The notes beneath the pieces were generated by a model. The model made no database searches. It had not been told where the DNA came from and saw nothing but the letters and a program-made list of their open reading frames with translations. The translations under genes and the position numbers were made by a program. This document shows positions 10,075 through 21,363 of a DNA stretch of 64,000 bases, one piece after another. Each line of letters opens with the position of its first letter. The first letter of the stretch is position 1. The stretch lies in the NCBI GenBank assembly GCA_963823665.1, contig CAWGMQ010000005.1, positions 1,056,001 to 1,120,000 on the forward strand, given 5' to 3'. The stretch comes from an uncultured Planctomycetota bacterium (GTDB taxonomy: Bacteria > Planctomycetota > Planctomycetia > Isosphaerales > Isosphaeraceae).

Positions 10075-10947
10075 TGTTCCTCGATTCTTGCATGGATCGG
10101 CATGCCAACTGGGCTGTGATCGTGTGCCTTGTGGGCGGAGGTCAGGAGATTCGTACGGGTGAGGCTGGGATTGATGCTTGGATCGAGGCCGTGAATTCGA
10201 GTTTTCCGAACTGGACGATGCACATTTCGTCGAGGCTGACTGATAGCGAATACGCGGCCGGCAACGCGATCGAGGTGGCGGGTGAACAGGAACGTGCAAT
10301 CTTTGATGATCGTCTTCATCTCGCGGTTTTTATGCGATCGTTTCGGGCAAAGAATGTGTCTTCCTTGGTCAAAGCGATCCTTGATCGTGAACGAGACGTG
10401 GCACGCGAGACCTATCGACAAGTGGCGGGTCGGTATCCGATTGCCATTACTCGAGAACCTGCCCAGGACTAAGCAATGGGTACGCGAGCATGCGCGGGGG
10501 ACTGAGCGGTATGGGTTGGTCGCTTCGTCGAAGGCTCAGCGGTTGAAACCTGATGCCATCGATATACGCGTCGACGTTAACCCAGTGCATTGGTTTTTGA
10601 ACGACAGGGAAGACACACGCTCGAGCTATTATCTCGAGGATGCGGCGACGGAGTTTCAGGTTCAAGGGTTGGAACTGGATTGGGCGTGCGTTGCTTGGGA
10701 TGGGGACTTGCGGTTTTCTGAGGCGGGGTGGAGGCACCATTATTTTCGCGGGGATCGGTGGTGCGCGATCAAGAATGAGGATAACCAGCGGTATTTGTGT
10801 AATGCGTATCGAGTTTTGCTCACGCGGGCGCGGCAGGGGATGGTGATTTATGTGCCGCGGGGGGATGCAAGCGATCGGACTCGGGCGGGTGGGATTTATG
10901 ATTCTACGTATCGGTATTCGAGCGAAGTTGGGCTCACGCAACTCTAG
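10075..10947 (+). pseudogene. DUF2075 (Schlafen-3-like DNA/RNA helicase) C-terminal half, 5'-truncated, frameshift near 10460
   Basis: WAVIVCLVGGGQEI.TGEAG, MRSFRA, RYGLVASS.AQRLKP, TEFQVQGLELDW, NAYRVLLTRARQGM across two frames; no Walker A. Confidence 0.88.
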
Positions 10948-10950
10948 AGA

Positions 10951-11660
10951 CGTCGATGAAGATGGGCTCACGCAAAGGCGCAACGGCGCAAAGAAGCTGA
11001 GCAGCAGGAGATGATGGCCGGCAGGATTTGGGGATTTTTCTTCGGAAGACGCTGGAGGGATGCAGGCGAGTGGGCGATCGCGATGGGTGGGGTACTATGA
11101 CCTCAATCAGGATGGGCTCACGCAAAGGCGCAAGGGCGCAAAGAAGCCGAGCCGCTAAAAAAGATGGCCGGCCGGATTTTTGGATTCTTGATCGGAAGGC
11201 GCTCGAGGTGTGCGGGCGAGTGGGCGGTCGCGATCGTTGGTGGAATATCACGTCGATGAAGATTGGCTCACGCAAAGGCGCAACGGCGCAAAGAAGACAA
11301 GCGGCAGAAAACGATCGCCAGCCGGATTTGTGGATCCCGATCGGAAAGCGCTGGAAGTTGGGCGATCGCGACCGCTCGGAGAATATCACGTCGACGAAGA
11401 TTCGGTCACGCAAAGGCGCCACGGCGCACAGAAGACAAGCCGAATAAGAAAATGGCGGGCCGGATTTGTGGATTCTTGATCGGAAGGCGCTGGAGATACG
11501 CAGACGAGTGGGCGGTCGCGATGGGTGGGGCACTGTGACGTCAATCAAGATGGGCTCACGCAAAGGCGCAAAGGCGCAAAGAAGTCGAGTAGCAGAAAAT
11601 GATGGTTAGCAGGATTTGGGGATTCTTCTTCGGAAGGCGCTGGAGGGATGCAGACGAGCG
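10951..11660. repeat. Degenerate tandem array of five ~150-bp units
   Basis: Units start near 10951, 11101, 11251, 11389, 11539; each has tcacgcaaaggcgc..ggcgca.agaag, ggattt.ggat and tcggaag.cgctgga. Confidence 0.9.
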
Positions 11661-11679
11661 GGGGGTCGCGAGGCCGGCG

Positions 11680-11704
11680 ATGGTCCGCAATGGCGGACCC
11701 TACG
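11680..11704 (-). repeat. GTAG-type REP palindrome (GTAGGGTCCGC-n4-GCGGACC); further copies near 12262 and 17644
   Basis: tggtccgcaatggcggaccctacg and two variants. Confidence 0.75.
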
Positions 11705-11732
11705 TGGAGACGGGGGACTGATGGTCGAGGCT

Positions 11733-12110
11733 CTATAAACCTGAACCCTTTCGACGCACCCAACGTACGGTTGTCGCTGTCATCCGCCAGGCCAGGAAGA
11801 TCGCCGCGACGAGGACGGCCTGGGCGGCCAGGATTCGCATCAGGGATGTGAACGAGCTCGCGGGGAGCGGCAGCGGCGGGGCGGCCTCCATCGTTTTGTA
11901 CCCGAGGCTGTTCACGATCGCGGACGCGGGCGAAAGGTACACGACGAAGAGCATGAGCACGCCGTAACCGGCAGCGGGGGATATCAACATCAGGATCACG
12001 GCCGCCCCAGGGAACAGCACGACGGGGTAGACCGTGAAGAGCAACTCGATGCGCAGAAGCCTGCGCAGAAAAGGTGTTTTGCCGTCTTCGCGTGCGCGTT
12101 CGCGTTTCAT
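11733..12110 (-). CDS. Small hypothetical membrane protein
   Basis: 125-aa ORF with about three hydrophobic segments. Confidence 0.45.
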   Translation of the reverse strand: MKRERAREDGKTPFLRRLLRIELLFTVYPVVLFPGAAVILMLISPAAGYGVLMLFVVYLSPASAIVNSLGYKTMEAAPPLPLPASSFTSLMRILAAQAVLVAAIFLAWRMTATTVRWVRRKGSGL

Positions 12111-12443
12111 CGTCCACTCCGGATGGCACAGCGTCGGCCGGCCATGCTATCGGTTAATCCGCCGCGAAGCCATTGACAGCCGACACGGCTATCGCTGCGC
12201 CCGGGGCCGCCGGCGCCATAAGCCCGTCGCCGGCGAAACTACCGCGGCATTAGACCGCGGGATGGTCCGCAATAGCGGATCCTACGGGGAATCGAGGACG
12301 ATCCGCGGTGACGGACTTCGCGCTGCGAGGGGCAATCTTGTGACCGCGGGTCTGTCCAGGGATAATTCGTGCTGAGGTCGGGATTCATCGTGACGAGCGT
12401 CGCGTCTAAGAGCGTGTCTGCGAATTGCGGCCGCTTGCGGAAG

Positions 12444-12750
12444 GACCCTCACCCCGGCCCTCTCCCGGAGGAGCCCTCACCCTGGGCGGATGAAAAGCGT
12501 GCCGTATTGGCGAATTTCGAGCTCGAAGATTCGGCTTTTTCTGTTGCGCGACGGTTTTGTGACGGCGGCCGCCGGGACGGACCCCCCCTGGCCCCCCCTT
12601 CTAAAGGGGGGGAAAAGGAAAGGGGAGCCCCTTCTAAAGGGGGGGGAAGCTCCGCGCAACATTCGCGACGGGAAATCTCCGCTCCTTATTCTGCAAGATT
12701 TCAACAGGCCACCCTCACCCTGGCCCTCTCCCACGGGGGAGAGGGGGCGG
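12444..12750. repeat. Cluster of REP-like palindromes (ccctcacc..ccctctccc and ccccccttctaaagggggg types)
   Basis: Several GC hairpins; the cccccctt..gggggg type recurs at 26504, 26626 and 29411. Confidence 0.7.
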
Positions 12751-12913
12751 GAGCGATCAATCGGGGGGTTCCTCAACGGTCGTTGGATCGTGGCGCGCGT
12801 GGAATTCACAGACACGCTCTGAGAGGACATGACCCGCATCGAGTGATCAAACTGGATTTCGCGGCGTGGCTCGCGCGATCCGCCGGCAGTGGACCGATGG
12901 GGGAGAAATCATC

Positions 12914-15900
12914 ATGCCGGATTCGTGCGATGCGGGACGGTCTGACGTCGAGCGCCGGGTTCTGGAAGTGACGTCGACCTATGTTGCGCTCGAGAAGACC
13001 GGGGCAGCGCCCGACCGAGATGCCCTCCTGGCCGCGCATCCCGACCTGACGCAGGAATTGCTCGCGTTCCTTCAGGACCGCGACACAAGCCGTCAATCCG
13101 TTGCGGACAAGGGAACCGATCCCCCCACGGCAGGTGAGGTCACGGCCGGGATCGATTCGTCGTCGCAGGCCGACGTCACGACCGAAGGTGCGGGTGATGG
13201 CCGGGTTTTTCGCGCTACGAACGAAGATACAGCCGGAACCAAGACGTCGGGAGCTGAAAGCGGCTTGTCGACCGCGAATGACGACGACGGTGCGATCTCG
13301 CTCAAGGATGTGATGAAGCTCGAGGCGAGCGAGAGGCGATTCGGGGATTATGAGCTGCTCTGCGAGCTGGGGCGGGGCGGGATGGGGGTGGTTTACAAGG
13401 CGCGGCAAGTCAGTCTCAATCGGCTGGTTGCGGTCAAGATGCTGCAATCTCGGCTGCTGGCGACCGCGGACGACTTGAAGCGGTTTCAGAACGAGGCCGA
13501 GGCGATCGCGATGCTCGATCACCCACACATCGTGCCCATCCTCGAAGTGGGCCAGTGGCGCGACGGGCGATTCTACAGCATGAAGCTCATCGACGGCTCG
13601 AGCCTGGATAAACGCCTGGACGAATTCCGTTCTGATCCGACCGCTGTTGCCCGGCTGATGGCGACGATTGCCCGGGCTGTGCACCACGCCCATGAGCGCG
13701 GGGTGCTGCACCGCGATCTGAAGCCGGCGAACGTGCTGCTTGATGAAGACCGTCAGCCTTTTGTCACGGACTTCGGACTGGCCAAAAGAGTCGAGGCGGA
13801 CAGCGAGCTGACACAGTCGGGCGCGATCATGGGAACGCCGGCGTACATGGCGCCCGAGCAGGCGACGGGCCGGCGGCGAGAGGTGACGAGGGCGACGGAC
13901 GTGTATGGTCTTGGGGCAATCCTGTACGCGCTTCTGACCGGCAGGCCGCCGTTCCGGGCCGATTCCGTCATGGAGATTTTGCAAGCGGTGCGCGACCAGG
14001 CGCCGGAAGCCCCATCAAAGATGAACTCGCTGGTGCCGCGGGATCTGCAAGTCATCTGCTTGAAGTGTCTGGAAAAGGAGCCCTCGCGGCGCTACCAGGG
14101 AGCTGACGAGGTGGCGAATGACCTCGTGCTCTTTCTAGCCGGGGAATCGATCTCGGCGCGACCGGCCGGGAAGCTCGAGCGAAGCTGGCGATGGTGCCGC
14201 CGGAACGCGACGGTCGTCGGGTTTTCGGCGACGATCCTGTTGCTGTTGGTGGGTATCGGCATCGTGGCGGGTATTCTCGGCGGCCGTGTTGCGCGGAGAC
14301 CGAATGATTCACCCGGGCCGCTGAACTTGAAGTCGCGTGCTGAAGGGGCGGCACGCGAGGCTGCCGGCGCGGTCGCGAGGGGGCGAATTGTGGTGCAGGT
14401 GCCCGACGATGCTCGAAACACAACGATCAGCCGCGGTGGCGACGAGACGACGGTCGCTGGCCGGGGAGCTCATGAACTGTTGCGACCGGCGGGCAGGTAT
14501 CAGGTCAGGATGAGTGGAGGGGGCCCGGAGCGCACGGACGTTGTCGAAATTGTTGCGGAGAAGCGACTCGAGGTGGGAAACAGACCGAGGCAAGGGACGC
14601 TGAATGCGGCTCGAGACGAGCTGGAGACGTTGTTCTACCAGCCGCAGCTCGTGCTCACGACGGGTGGTCACGATGCGCCGGTGCGGGCCATGCTGTTCTC
14701 CGCGAACGGCGAGCACCTGTACTCGGCGGGGGACGACAAGGTCGTGAACGTGTGGCGCATGCGAGACAAAGTGCCCACAATCGAGCGGACGCTGCGGCCA
14801 CCGGTCTGGCGAGGCCCCAGAGGAAGGATCTTCGCCATGGCGCTCTCGCCGAAGCCGGATGCGGATGGCCAGTCGTTTCTGGCTGTGGCGGGGTACGGGA
14901 TCGAGAGCTCGGGAGGGGACATCACGATCTTTCGCGTACCGGGGCTCGGGCGCAACCTTGCGGGCGAAGTCGTGAAGCGGCTGGAGCGGCCAAGGGGGGT
15001 GGCGGCGGATTCTCGAGCGATCGCGCATACGAACACGATCCTCTGTATGGCGTTTGATCATGACGGCGGCGTGCTTGCCTCCGGAAGTAACGACGCGACG
15101 GTGATCTTGTGGGATACACGCGCCGGGTTTGAGCCGATCCGGCAATTGAAGCGCGGGAACGCCCGGATCCTCAGCCTCTCGTTCAGCCCGGACGGGAAGC
15201 ATCTGGCGACGGGAGACGCGACCGGCGACGTGGTCGTGTGGGATGTGGCGAAGGGTGAAGCCGTGGAAGCGATCGGATCACGGGTTTTGCTCAACGTGGT
15301 AACATATAGCCCAGACGGACGATTGATCGTTGCTGGATGCGAGAACGGCTCGCTCGTCCGCATGGACAGTGCGAAGCTCTCCGGCCCGGGGCTTTCTTCG
15401 ATGCGCCGTGCGGACGGCAGGCCGATTCTAGGAGCTGCATTCCATCCAGGAGGCCGGCTGCTCGCGGTAAGCGTCAAAAGCGATGCGTCTCCGATGCTGG
15501 ATCCAGCGACGATCTCGTTTGACATCGAGCTTCGAGAGCTGCCGAGCGGAGAGGTTGTGAAGCGATGGCCAAACGTCGCGGGGTTGGTTCGCGCGCTGGC
15601 ATTCAGTCCCGATGGAGAACGGCTCGCCTACTCGGGAGGCGTGGCTCAGGCCGTCATGATCCAGGACACGTCGAAGCGAGATGAACCGCCGGTTGAGCGA
15701 AAGGGGGCTGGAACCACGTTATTCGACCTGGGCTTCACGGAGGACAGCAGCACGATTGGATTCACGCGCGAACGACACCGGTCTGGTGAGGTCGCGCGGC
15801 TTTACGAAGGTTTTGACCTGGTGCGTCACCGCTCACGCTCCGTGCGGGGCGACAAGCTGCGCCACGCAGCCACAGCTTACCAAGGGTGGACGCTCGCGCT

Positions 15901-17593
15901 TGATCAAAAGACGGCCGGAATTGCGGCGGTGCACCGGGACGGCCGTATCCGCCAATTCAAGCTGCAGGCCGGCATGGACGGGCTGCCGTGGTCGTTCACC
16001 GTTGTTCCTCCGGCACCCGGGCACCTGTCGGCCACGGTGGCGGTCGGCGCGGACGCGGGCGTTGTTGTTTTCGATTTCGAGACGGGCCGGCGCACGCGAA
16101 TGTTTGCCGGACACAGCGGGCCGGTTGTCTCGGTGGTCTCGTCACCGGACGGCCGATGGCTGGCGAGCAGCTCATTCGATCAGGTCATCATGCTTTATGC
16201 GCTCGCGGGGTGTGATCGGCGACCTGCGCTGGGCGCGCGGCTGCGCCAGCAAGCCGATTCGAGCTGGGTGATCCACGAGATCGAACCCGCCAGTTTCGCG
16301 GAAGCGATCGGCTTGCAGGCCGGAGACGTTGTCCTGGAGGCGGCGATCGGGATGGAGATGTACGCCCGGACCGGGCGGATTGAGCGTTTCAGCGCGGACG
16401 CCGATGAAGTGGCACCGGGGCTCCAGATGATCGGGCTTCGGGTGCGCAGGCTGCTGATGTTGCCGATCCTGAACGCGATTCCGGTCACGAAGCTCATACC
16501 GTGCACGAAGCGCGATAATGCGCTTCTGACGCTGTTTCCGGGAATTGACAAGGAATGGGTTCTCTGGACGCGGCAGGGGTATTACGATTCTTCGGCCGTG
16601 GCCGATCAGAAGTATCTGGGGTGGCACCGCAATGGCGGCGCGGGTCATTCGTCGTCTGAGTTTTCTCCGGCCATCGCGTTCGAGGCGCAGTTTCGGCGGC
16701 CGGGGGTGCTGTCGGAGCTATGGAGCGCGGATGAACCGACCCGGTACTCGGCCATGCTCGAGCGAGTGGTACCCGGGGGCGAGCTTGAGCCACGCCGGCT
16801 GAGAGTGCTGACCGTTGGGCCGATCGAATCTGATGGCGCGGAGAGACTTCCGGCGCCGGAGAGCGCCCGGCGCGATGCGAGCGATGTTGCGGAGCGATTC
16901 GTCCGCCTCGGCCGCCGACTTGGGTTTGATCAGGTTGACGCGCGGTTTCTGGGCGGCGAGTCGGCGTCGGGCGCTCGAATCGATGGAGCGTTCACCGAGA
17001 TGGAGGCAGAGGGTTCGGGGCGACGGCCTCGCCCTGGCGATGCGGTGATCGTGTTTCTGGCGGCTCGGGTGGATGAGGGGAAGCGGGGGCTCAGGCTGGT
17101 GAGCGCGCGTTCGGAGGATCCGCGAGCGGGTGAGACTGGTGCTTCTGCCAGCGAGCTGGGAGGGCATTTGAAAGGGCTGGCGCAGCGTGGCTATCAGGTC
17201 GCGGTGTTTGTAAATCTCATTCCCGTGGCAACTGACGATCGGCTGGCTTCTGCGCTGACCGAATGGGAGCGCGACCTCTTTCTTGGCGGAGTGGTCGTAT
17301 TCGCGGCATCACGGGATCGAGCCGGTGCATGGGTCGACGGATCGGGTCGTGGCGCGTTGGCCGCGGCGCTGGGGAATGTTCTCGAGACGGCCGCCAAGGG
17401 CGGTGGGCACGAGGGGCCGTCGAGCGCTTCGTGGACAGTCGAGCGTTTCAGCGAGGGTCTTGAGAGAGAGGTGCATAGGCTTACGGGGGGTCTCGAGGGA
17501 GCGAAGGGGTATTTCGTTGAGTCGGCCTCCGCGGCGCCATTCCTGAACCCGAACGCCGTTGAGAAGCGTTTACCGCCGGATCGGTCGCGTTGA
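12914..17593 (+). CDS. Membrane-anchored Hanks-type Ser/Thr kinase with WD40 propeller, PDZ-like and degenerate caspase-like domains
   Basis: GRGGMGVVY, VAVK, HRDLKPAN, DFG, GTPAYMAPE; TM helix; GH..WD / FSPDG repeats; AEAIGLQAGDVV; C-terminal caspase-like pattern. Confidence 0.9.
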   Translation: MPDSCDAGRSDVERRVLEVTSTYVALEKTGAAPDRDALLAAHPDLTQELLAFLQDRDTSRQSVADKGTDPPTAGEVTAGIDSSSQADVTTEGAGDGRVFRATNEDTAGTKTSGAESGLSTANDDDGAISLKDVMKLEASERRFGDYELLCELGRGGMGVVYKARQVSLNRLVAVKMLQSRLLATADDLKRFQNEAEAIAMLDHPHIVPILEVGQWRDGRFYSMKLIDGSSLDKRLDEFRSDPTAVARLMATIARAVHHAHERGVLHRDLKPANVLLDEDRQPFVTDFGLAKRVEADSELTQSGAIMGTPAYMAPEQATGRRREVTRATDVYGLGAILYALLTGRPPFRADSVMEILQAVRDQAPEAPSKMNSLVPRDLQVICLKCLEKEPSRRYQGADEVANDLVLFLAGESISARPAGKLERSWRWCRRNATVVGFSATILLLLVGIGIVAGILGGRVARRPNDSPGPLNLKSRAEGAAREAAGAVARGRIVVQVPDDARNTTISRGGDETTVAGRGAHELLRPAGRYQVRMSGGGPERTDVVEIVAEKRLEVGNRPRQGTLNAARDELETLFYQPQLVLTTGGHDAPVRAMLFSANGEHLYSAGDDKVVNVWRMRDKVPTIERTLRPPVWRGPRGRIFAMALSPKPDADGQSFLAVAGYGIESSGGDITIFRVPGLGRNLAGEVVKRLERPRGVAADSRAIAHTNTILCMAFDHDGGVLASGSNDATVILWDTRAGFEPIRQLKRGNARILSLSFSPDGKHLATGDATGDVVVWDVAKGEAVEAIGSRVLLNVVTYSPDGRLIVAGCENGSLVRMDSAKLSGPGLSSMRRADGRPILGAAFHPGGRLLAVSVKSDASPMLDPATISFDIELRELPSGEVVKRWPNVAGLVRALAFSPDGERLAYSGGVAQAVMIQDTSKRDEPPVERKGAGTTLFDLGFTEDSSTIGFTRERHRSGEVARLYEGFDLVRHRSRSVRGDKLRHAATAYQGWTLALDQKTAGIAAVHRDGRIRQFKLQAGMDGLPWSFTVVPPAPGHLSATVAVGADAGVVVFDFETGRRTRMFAGHSGPVVSVVSSPDGRWLASSSFDQVIMLYALAGCDRRPALGARLRQQADSSWVIHEIEPASFAEAIGLQAGDVVLEAAIGMEMYARTGRIERFSADADEVAPGLQMIGLRVRRLLMLPILNAIPVTKLIPCTKRDNALLTLFPGIDKEWVLWTRQGYYDSSAVADQKYLGWHRNGGAGHSSSEFSPAIAFEAQFRRPGVLSELWSADEPTRYSAMLERVVPGGELEPRRLRVLTVGPIESDGAERLPAPESARRDASDVAERFVRLGRRLGFDQVDARFLGGESASGARIDGAFTEMEAEGSGRRPRPGDAVIVFLAARVDEGKRGLRLVSARSEDPRAGETGASASELGGHLKGLAQRGYQVAVFVNLIPVATDDRLASALTEWERDLFLGGVVVFAASRDRAGAWVDGSGRGALAAALGNVLETAAKGGGHEGPSSASWTVERFSEGLEREVHRLTGGLEGAKGYFVESASAAPFLNPNAVEKRLPPDRSR

Positions 17594-17727
17594 AATGGCG
17601 CGAGAGCGGCGCAGACAAATGGCACGTCGTGAAGGCTGGGGACGGTCCGCAGTGGCGGACCCTACGAGGAGCGGGGGGATGGTCTGCAATAGACTAACCG
17701 ACGTTGGCCACTTTCTTTTCTTGACTA

Positions 17728-17776
17728 TTGACTGTTCGCGCGATCCTACTCAACAATGAGTACTCAGAAAAGAGTT
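17728..17776 (+). promoter_or_regulatory. Putative promoter and BlaI-type operator
   Basis: TTGACT at 17728; perfect palindrome TACTCA-acaa-TGAGTA at 17747-17762 overlapped by an imperfect second copy. Confidence 0.6.
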
Positions 17777-17798
17777 GGATCGATCAGAGGGAGGCGTG

Positions 17799-18245
17799 AT
17801 GGCGGGGCGGAAGGTTTTGGCGATCACGGAGCGGCAGTTTGCGGTTCTGCGAGTGCTGTGGGAGCGCGGGCCGCTTTCGGCGCGGGGGCTGATGGCGTTT
17901 TTGCCGCGCGGCGACAGGCAGCCTTATACAACCGTGCTGGGGCTGCTGCAGGTCATGGAGAAGGCGGGGCTGGTTGACCATGAGAAACAAGGCGCGGTGC
18001 ATGTGTACCGGGCCGCTCGTTCGCGGCAGGAGGCCACGGGGAACTTGCTCTCCGACTTCCTGGCGAAGTTCTTTCACGGGTCGGCCGAGCAGTTGATCCT
18101 GGGGCTCGTCGATGCCAAGGCAATCGCGCCAGACAGGCTGCGGGCAATCGAGGAGAGGGTCGCGCAGGGTCGTCGCACGGCGAGTCCGAACGGAGACGAT
18201 CAGGGCACGGACGGCGGGCCCAAGAGACGGAGGAAGACGCCATGA
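17799..18245 (+). CDS. BlaI/MecI/CopY family repressor
   Basis: LWE.GP, YTTV..LL..ME..G.V, F..GS...L...LV; ATGA overlap with the M56 gene. Confidence 0.92.
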   Translation: MAGRKVLAITERQFAVLRVLWERGPLSARGLMAFLPRGDRQPYTTVLGLLQVMEKAGLVDHEKQGAVHVYRAARSRQEATGNLLSDFLAKFFHGSAEQLILGLVDAKAIAPDRLRAIEERVAQGRRTASPNGDDQGTDGGPKRRRKTP

Positions 18246-21210
18246 TCGAACAGGCTTCGGGCTGGGCCGTCCCCTGGCTGATCTTCCTGGCCGAGTGGTC
18301 GATCCGGTGGGGAATCGTCATCGGCGTGCTGGCGGTCTGGCTCGCGGTGCGGCCGCCGCGGAGAACGGCGCTACGCCACCTGCTGTGCCTGGCGGCGCTG
18401 GCCGTCGGGTTCCTGCTGCCGGTCGGGCCTCGCTGGGGAGTTGGGTTCGTCGACACGTCGTCGGGGAGCAACGTGCCGGCCGGCTCGGCAGGAGCAGCCG
18501 CGCCTCGTTCGACCGCAGCCGGCAGCCCGAGGGAATCGCTCGCCGTTACTTCGCCAGGGGACAAGCGGGAGTCTCAGGAACTGGCGCGGGACACCGCCTC
18601 CAAGGTACGACCAGCACGCGAGGCCGGGGATCACGGGGCCATTCGAGCGAGGAGCAGCGCGCCGCTGGATTGGTGGCAGCTTGCGGCGATTTTGCTGTCG
18701 GGGGGGTGGGGGGCGGTTGTATTGATCATGGTCGTGAGGCTGGCGGGCGGCTGGGTGACGCTCTGGCGGCTGAGGCGCGAGGCCGTGGAGATTGTGGGCG
18801 AATCGGAACGATTGGTCGCTGAGTGTCGCGTGGCGCTGGGGTTGTCGCGGCCGGTGCGGGTGGCGGCGCACGCGGGGGTTTTATCGCCAGCGGTCGTGGC
18901 TGGGCGGCGGGCGGTCGTGCTCGTTCCGCCTGACTGGATGGAGTGGCCGGAGCCGGACCGCCGCGGCTGCCTGCTGCACGAGCTCGCGCATCTGGCGAGG
19001 TACGATGACTGGACCAAACTCGCGCAGGAAGTCGTGCGCATTCCTTTTTCTTCCACCCGCTGGTTCGCTGGCTGCTCGGCCGGCTCGACCTCGAGCGCGA
19101 GCTTCTGGGCGACGAGGCGGCCGTCGGGCTGGGTTTGTTTGATCCCGCGGCGTATGCGCGGCTGTTGCTCGAGCAGGCACGGCGGCCGGGGCGGCTGGTT
19201 CCCGTCGTGCGTTTGTCCCATCCTGGCGCGCTGCCGTTCCTTGACTGCCGGACCGTCGAGGTCCGAATCAAGAGACTTCTGGAGGAAGATATGGAAAGCA
19301 GTTTTGCCCGTCGGTCTGTCGTGGGGACCCTTTTGTTCGGCGGGGTGATCGTTGCCACAGCTCTGGTCATCGGCGGGATGCGCGTTCGAAAGAACGCACC
19401 GACTCCTGCGGTGCCACGGGCCATTGCCGGGCCCGTGCTGGTGCTTCATGGACGAATGGTAGACGCGACTGGTGCGCCGATCGCCGGCGCGACGCTCGTC
19501 GGCATCTACGAGTCGAGGATGCTCCGGCGTTTCGTGGGACCGGAAACGGCCACCGACGCGCGCGGCGAGTTTCGCGGCGAGTTTCAACTGCCGCCGTCGC
19601 TGAGCCCCGCGCCTGCGGCTGGCGACCGAGTACGGCTGATCGGACGGTTGCGCGATGGGGCCGAGTTTGAGACTGGCGTCGTTCTCACAACCGACGGCGC
19701 GGTCACTCTCAAGCTGCCGGTTGACGTCGAGGCGCCCGGCGGCGTGAGCGGGCCACGCGAGGCTGCTCGCGGGGAGCTGGCGGGACGGGTTGTTGACGCC
19801 CAGGGCAAGCCGATCGAGGGAGCCGAGGCCGATGCCTGGACCTTTTTCCCGGGTAATGAGGCCAAGACGGACAAGGAGGGGTTCTTCCGCCTCACGGGGC
19901 TCGACAAATCCGGACCGGATCCGAAGCTCGAGGTTGTCATTCGCAAGGCGGGGTACACGCCGCAATTCTTCCTGGCTCAGCCGACAGGGCGGCCGGGCTG
20001 GGTGATCGTGCTGAGGAACAAGACGTACTTTGAAGGGCGAGTTGTCGGGCCCGACGGCAAGCCCGTTGCGGGCGCCCGCGTGCGGGCCAATTGCGGACCG
20101 AAGCTGAGCGCGGGCCAGGTCTGGAACGAGGCGACGACAGGTGATGACGGGCGGTACCGGATGTATGCCCAGGCCGACGTGTACGACATCCAGGTGCGCG
20201 CTCCGGGGGTCGGGGTGGCGCGACTGCCCGAGAGAGTGCTCGGTTTCGACGAGGCCAAAGCGCTGGACATTCGTCTTGAGCCGGGCCTGATCTTCCGGGC
20301 GACGCTGGTGGACAGCCTCTCCGGAAAGCCCGTGCCGGGGGTGCGGCTGCGGGCGGTGGGCAACGATCCGGGCATCGAGGGCCGGTCAGGACCTGACGGG
20401 GGCTTGGTGATCCACGACATGATGCCCGGACGAATCGAGTTTCAGGTCGAGGCGCCCGAGTATGGTCGCTGGTGGTCGGACGACGCTCTGACCGTGTCGA
20501 ACCGCCGTACTGGCGGTGGGATGGAGAGCGGCTGGCGGCGAAACTTTGACTACCTCGACTTCGAAGTGACGTCCGGTATGCAGCAAGTGACCATCACGCT
20601 CGAACGCGCAGCGATGGTGACGGGCCGGGTCGTGGACCCGGATGGGAGGGCGGTTGCGGGGGCCACTGTCGACCCGGCCCTGACCGGAACAGGGAACTCG
20701 CTGACCGGCGATGCGCGGTTTGCCGTCCGGACAGGCGACGACGGTAAGTTCAAGCTGATGCTGCCTGCGAGCGGCCGCCACCTATTCAACCTGGTCGCGC
20801 ACGACGGCAAGTACCTCGAGTGGCGGAGGTGGGCCAACGGCGTGCTTCCGCCGATCCAAGCCGAGCCGGGCGAGGCGGTGCGTGACGTCGAGATCAAGCT
20901 GAGCCGGCCGGCGAGCGTGCGCGGGCGCGTGATCGGACCGGACGGACGGCCGGTTGCGAGGCGCGAAGTGCGCGCCAGCGCGGCCGACAAGCTCGAGAAC
21001 CGGTACTATGATCCGACCGTGACGACGGCGGACGATGGGAGTTATGAGCTGAAGTTCATCCGTGCCGGTGAACAGTTCATCCAGGTGGCCCCGTTCTGGA
21101 TTGATGGGCGACAGGCACCGGAGGGGACCAGCCGCACGGTGAACCTCACAGCGGGCGAAACGAAGGACGGGGTGGACTTCCGGCTTCCGAAGGCTGCGGG
21201 GGCGAATTGA
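18242..21210 (+). CDS. BlaR1/M56 peptidase with carboxypeptidase-regulatory-like Ig repeats, split by one frameshift near 19045
   Basis: HELAH..R.D; restoring one T gives PFFFHPLVRWL..E.E...DE; repeated GRVV.PDG.PVAGA in 19135-21210. Confidence 0.85.
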
Positions 21211-21363
21211 GGGCGATTCGCGGGGACGGACGCGAGATGCGCAGGCAGGCGAGGAAAAGATCAAGGGGTGTGACCGATTCGTAGCACGCACACGCCGTGT
21301 GCCGTGGCTCTTTCGTAGCAGGAACAACCTGTGTGCAGTGGCTCGTTTTCCTGGACTGGGCCA

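Noticed and set aside
10951..11660. CRISPR array
   Set aside because: Similarity covers the whole 150-bp unit, there are no unique spacers and no cas genes are present
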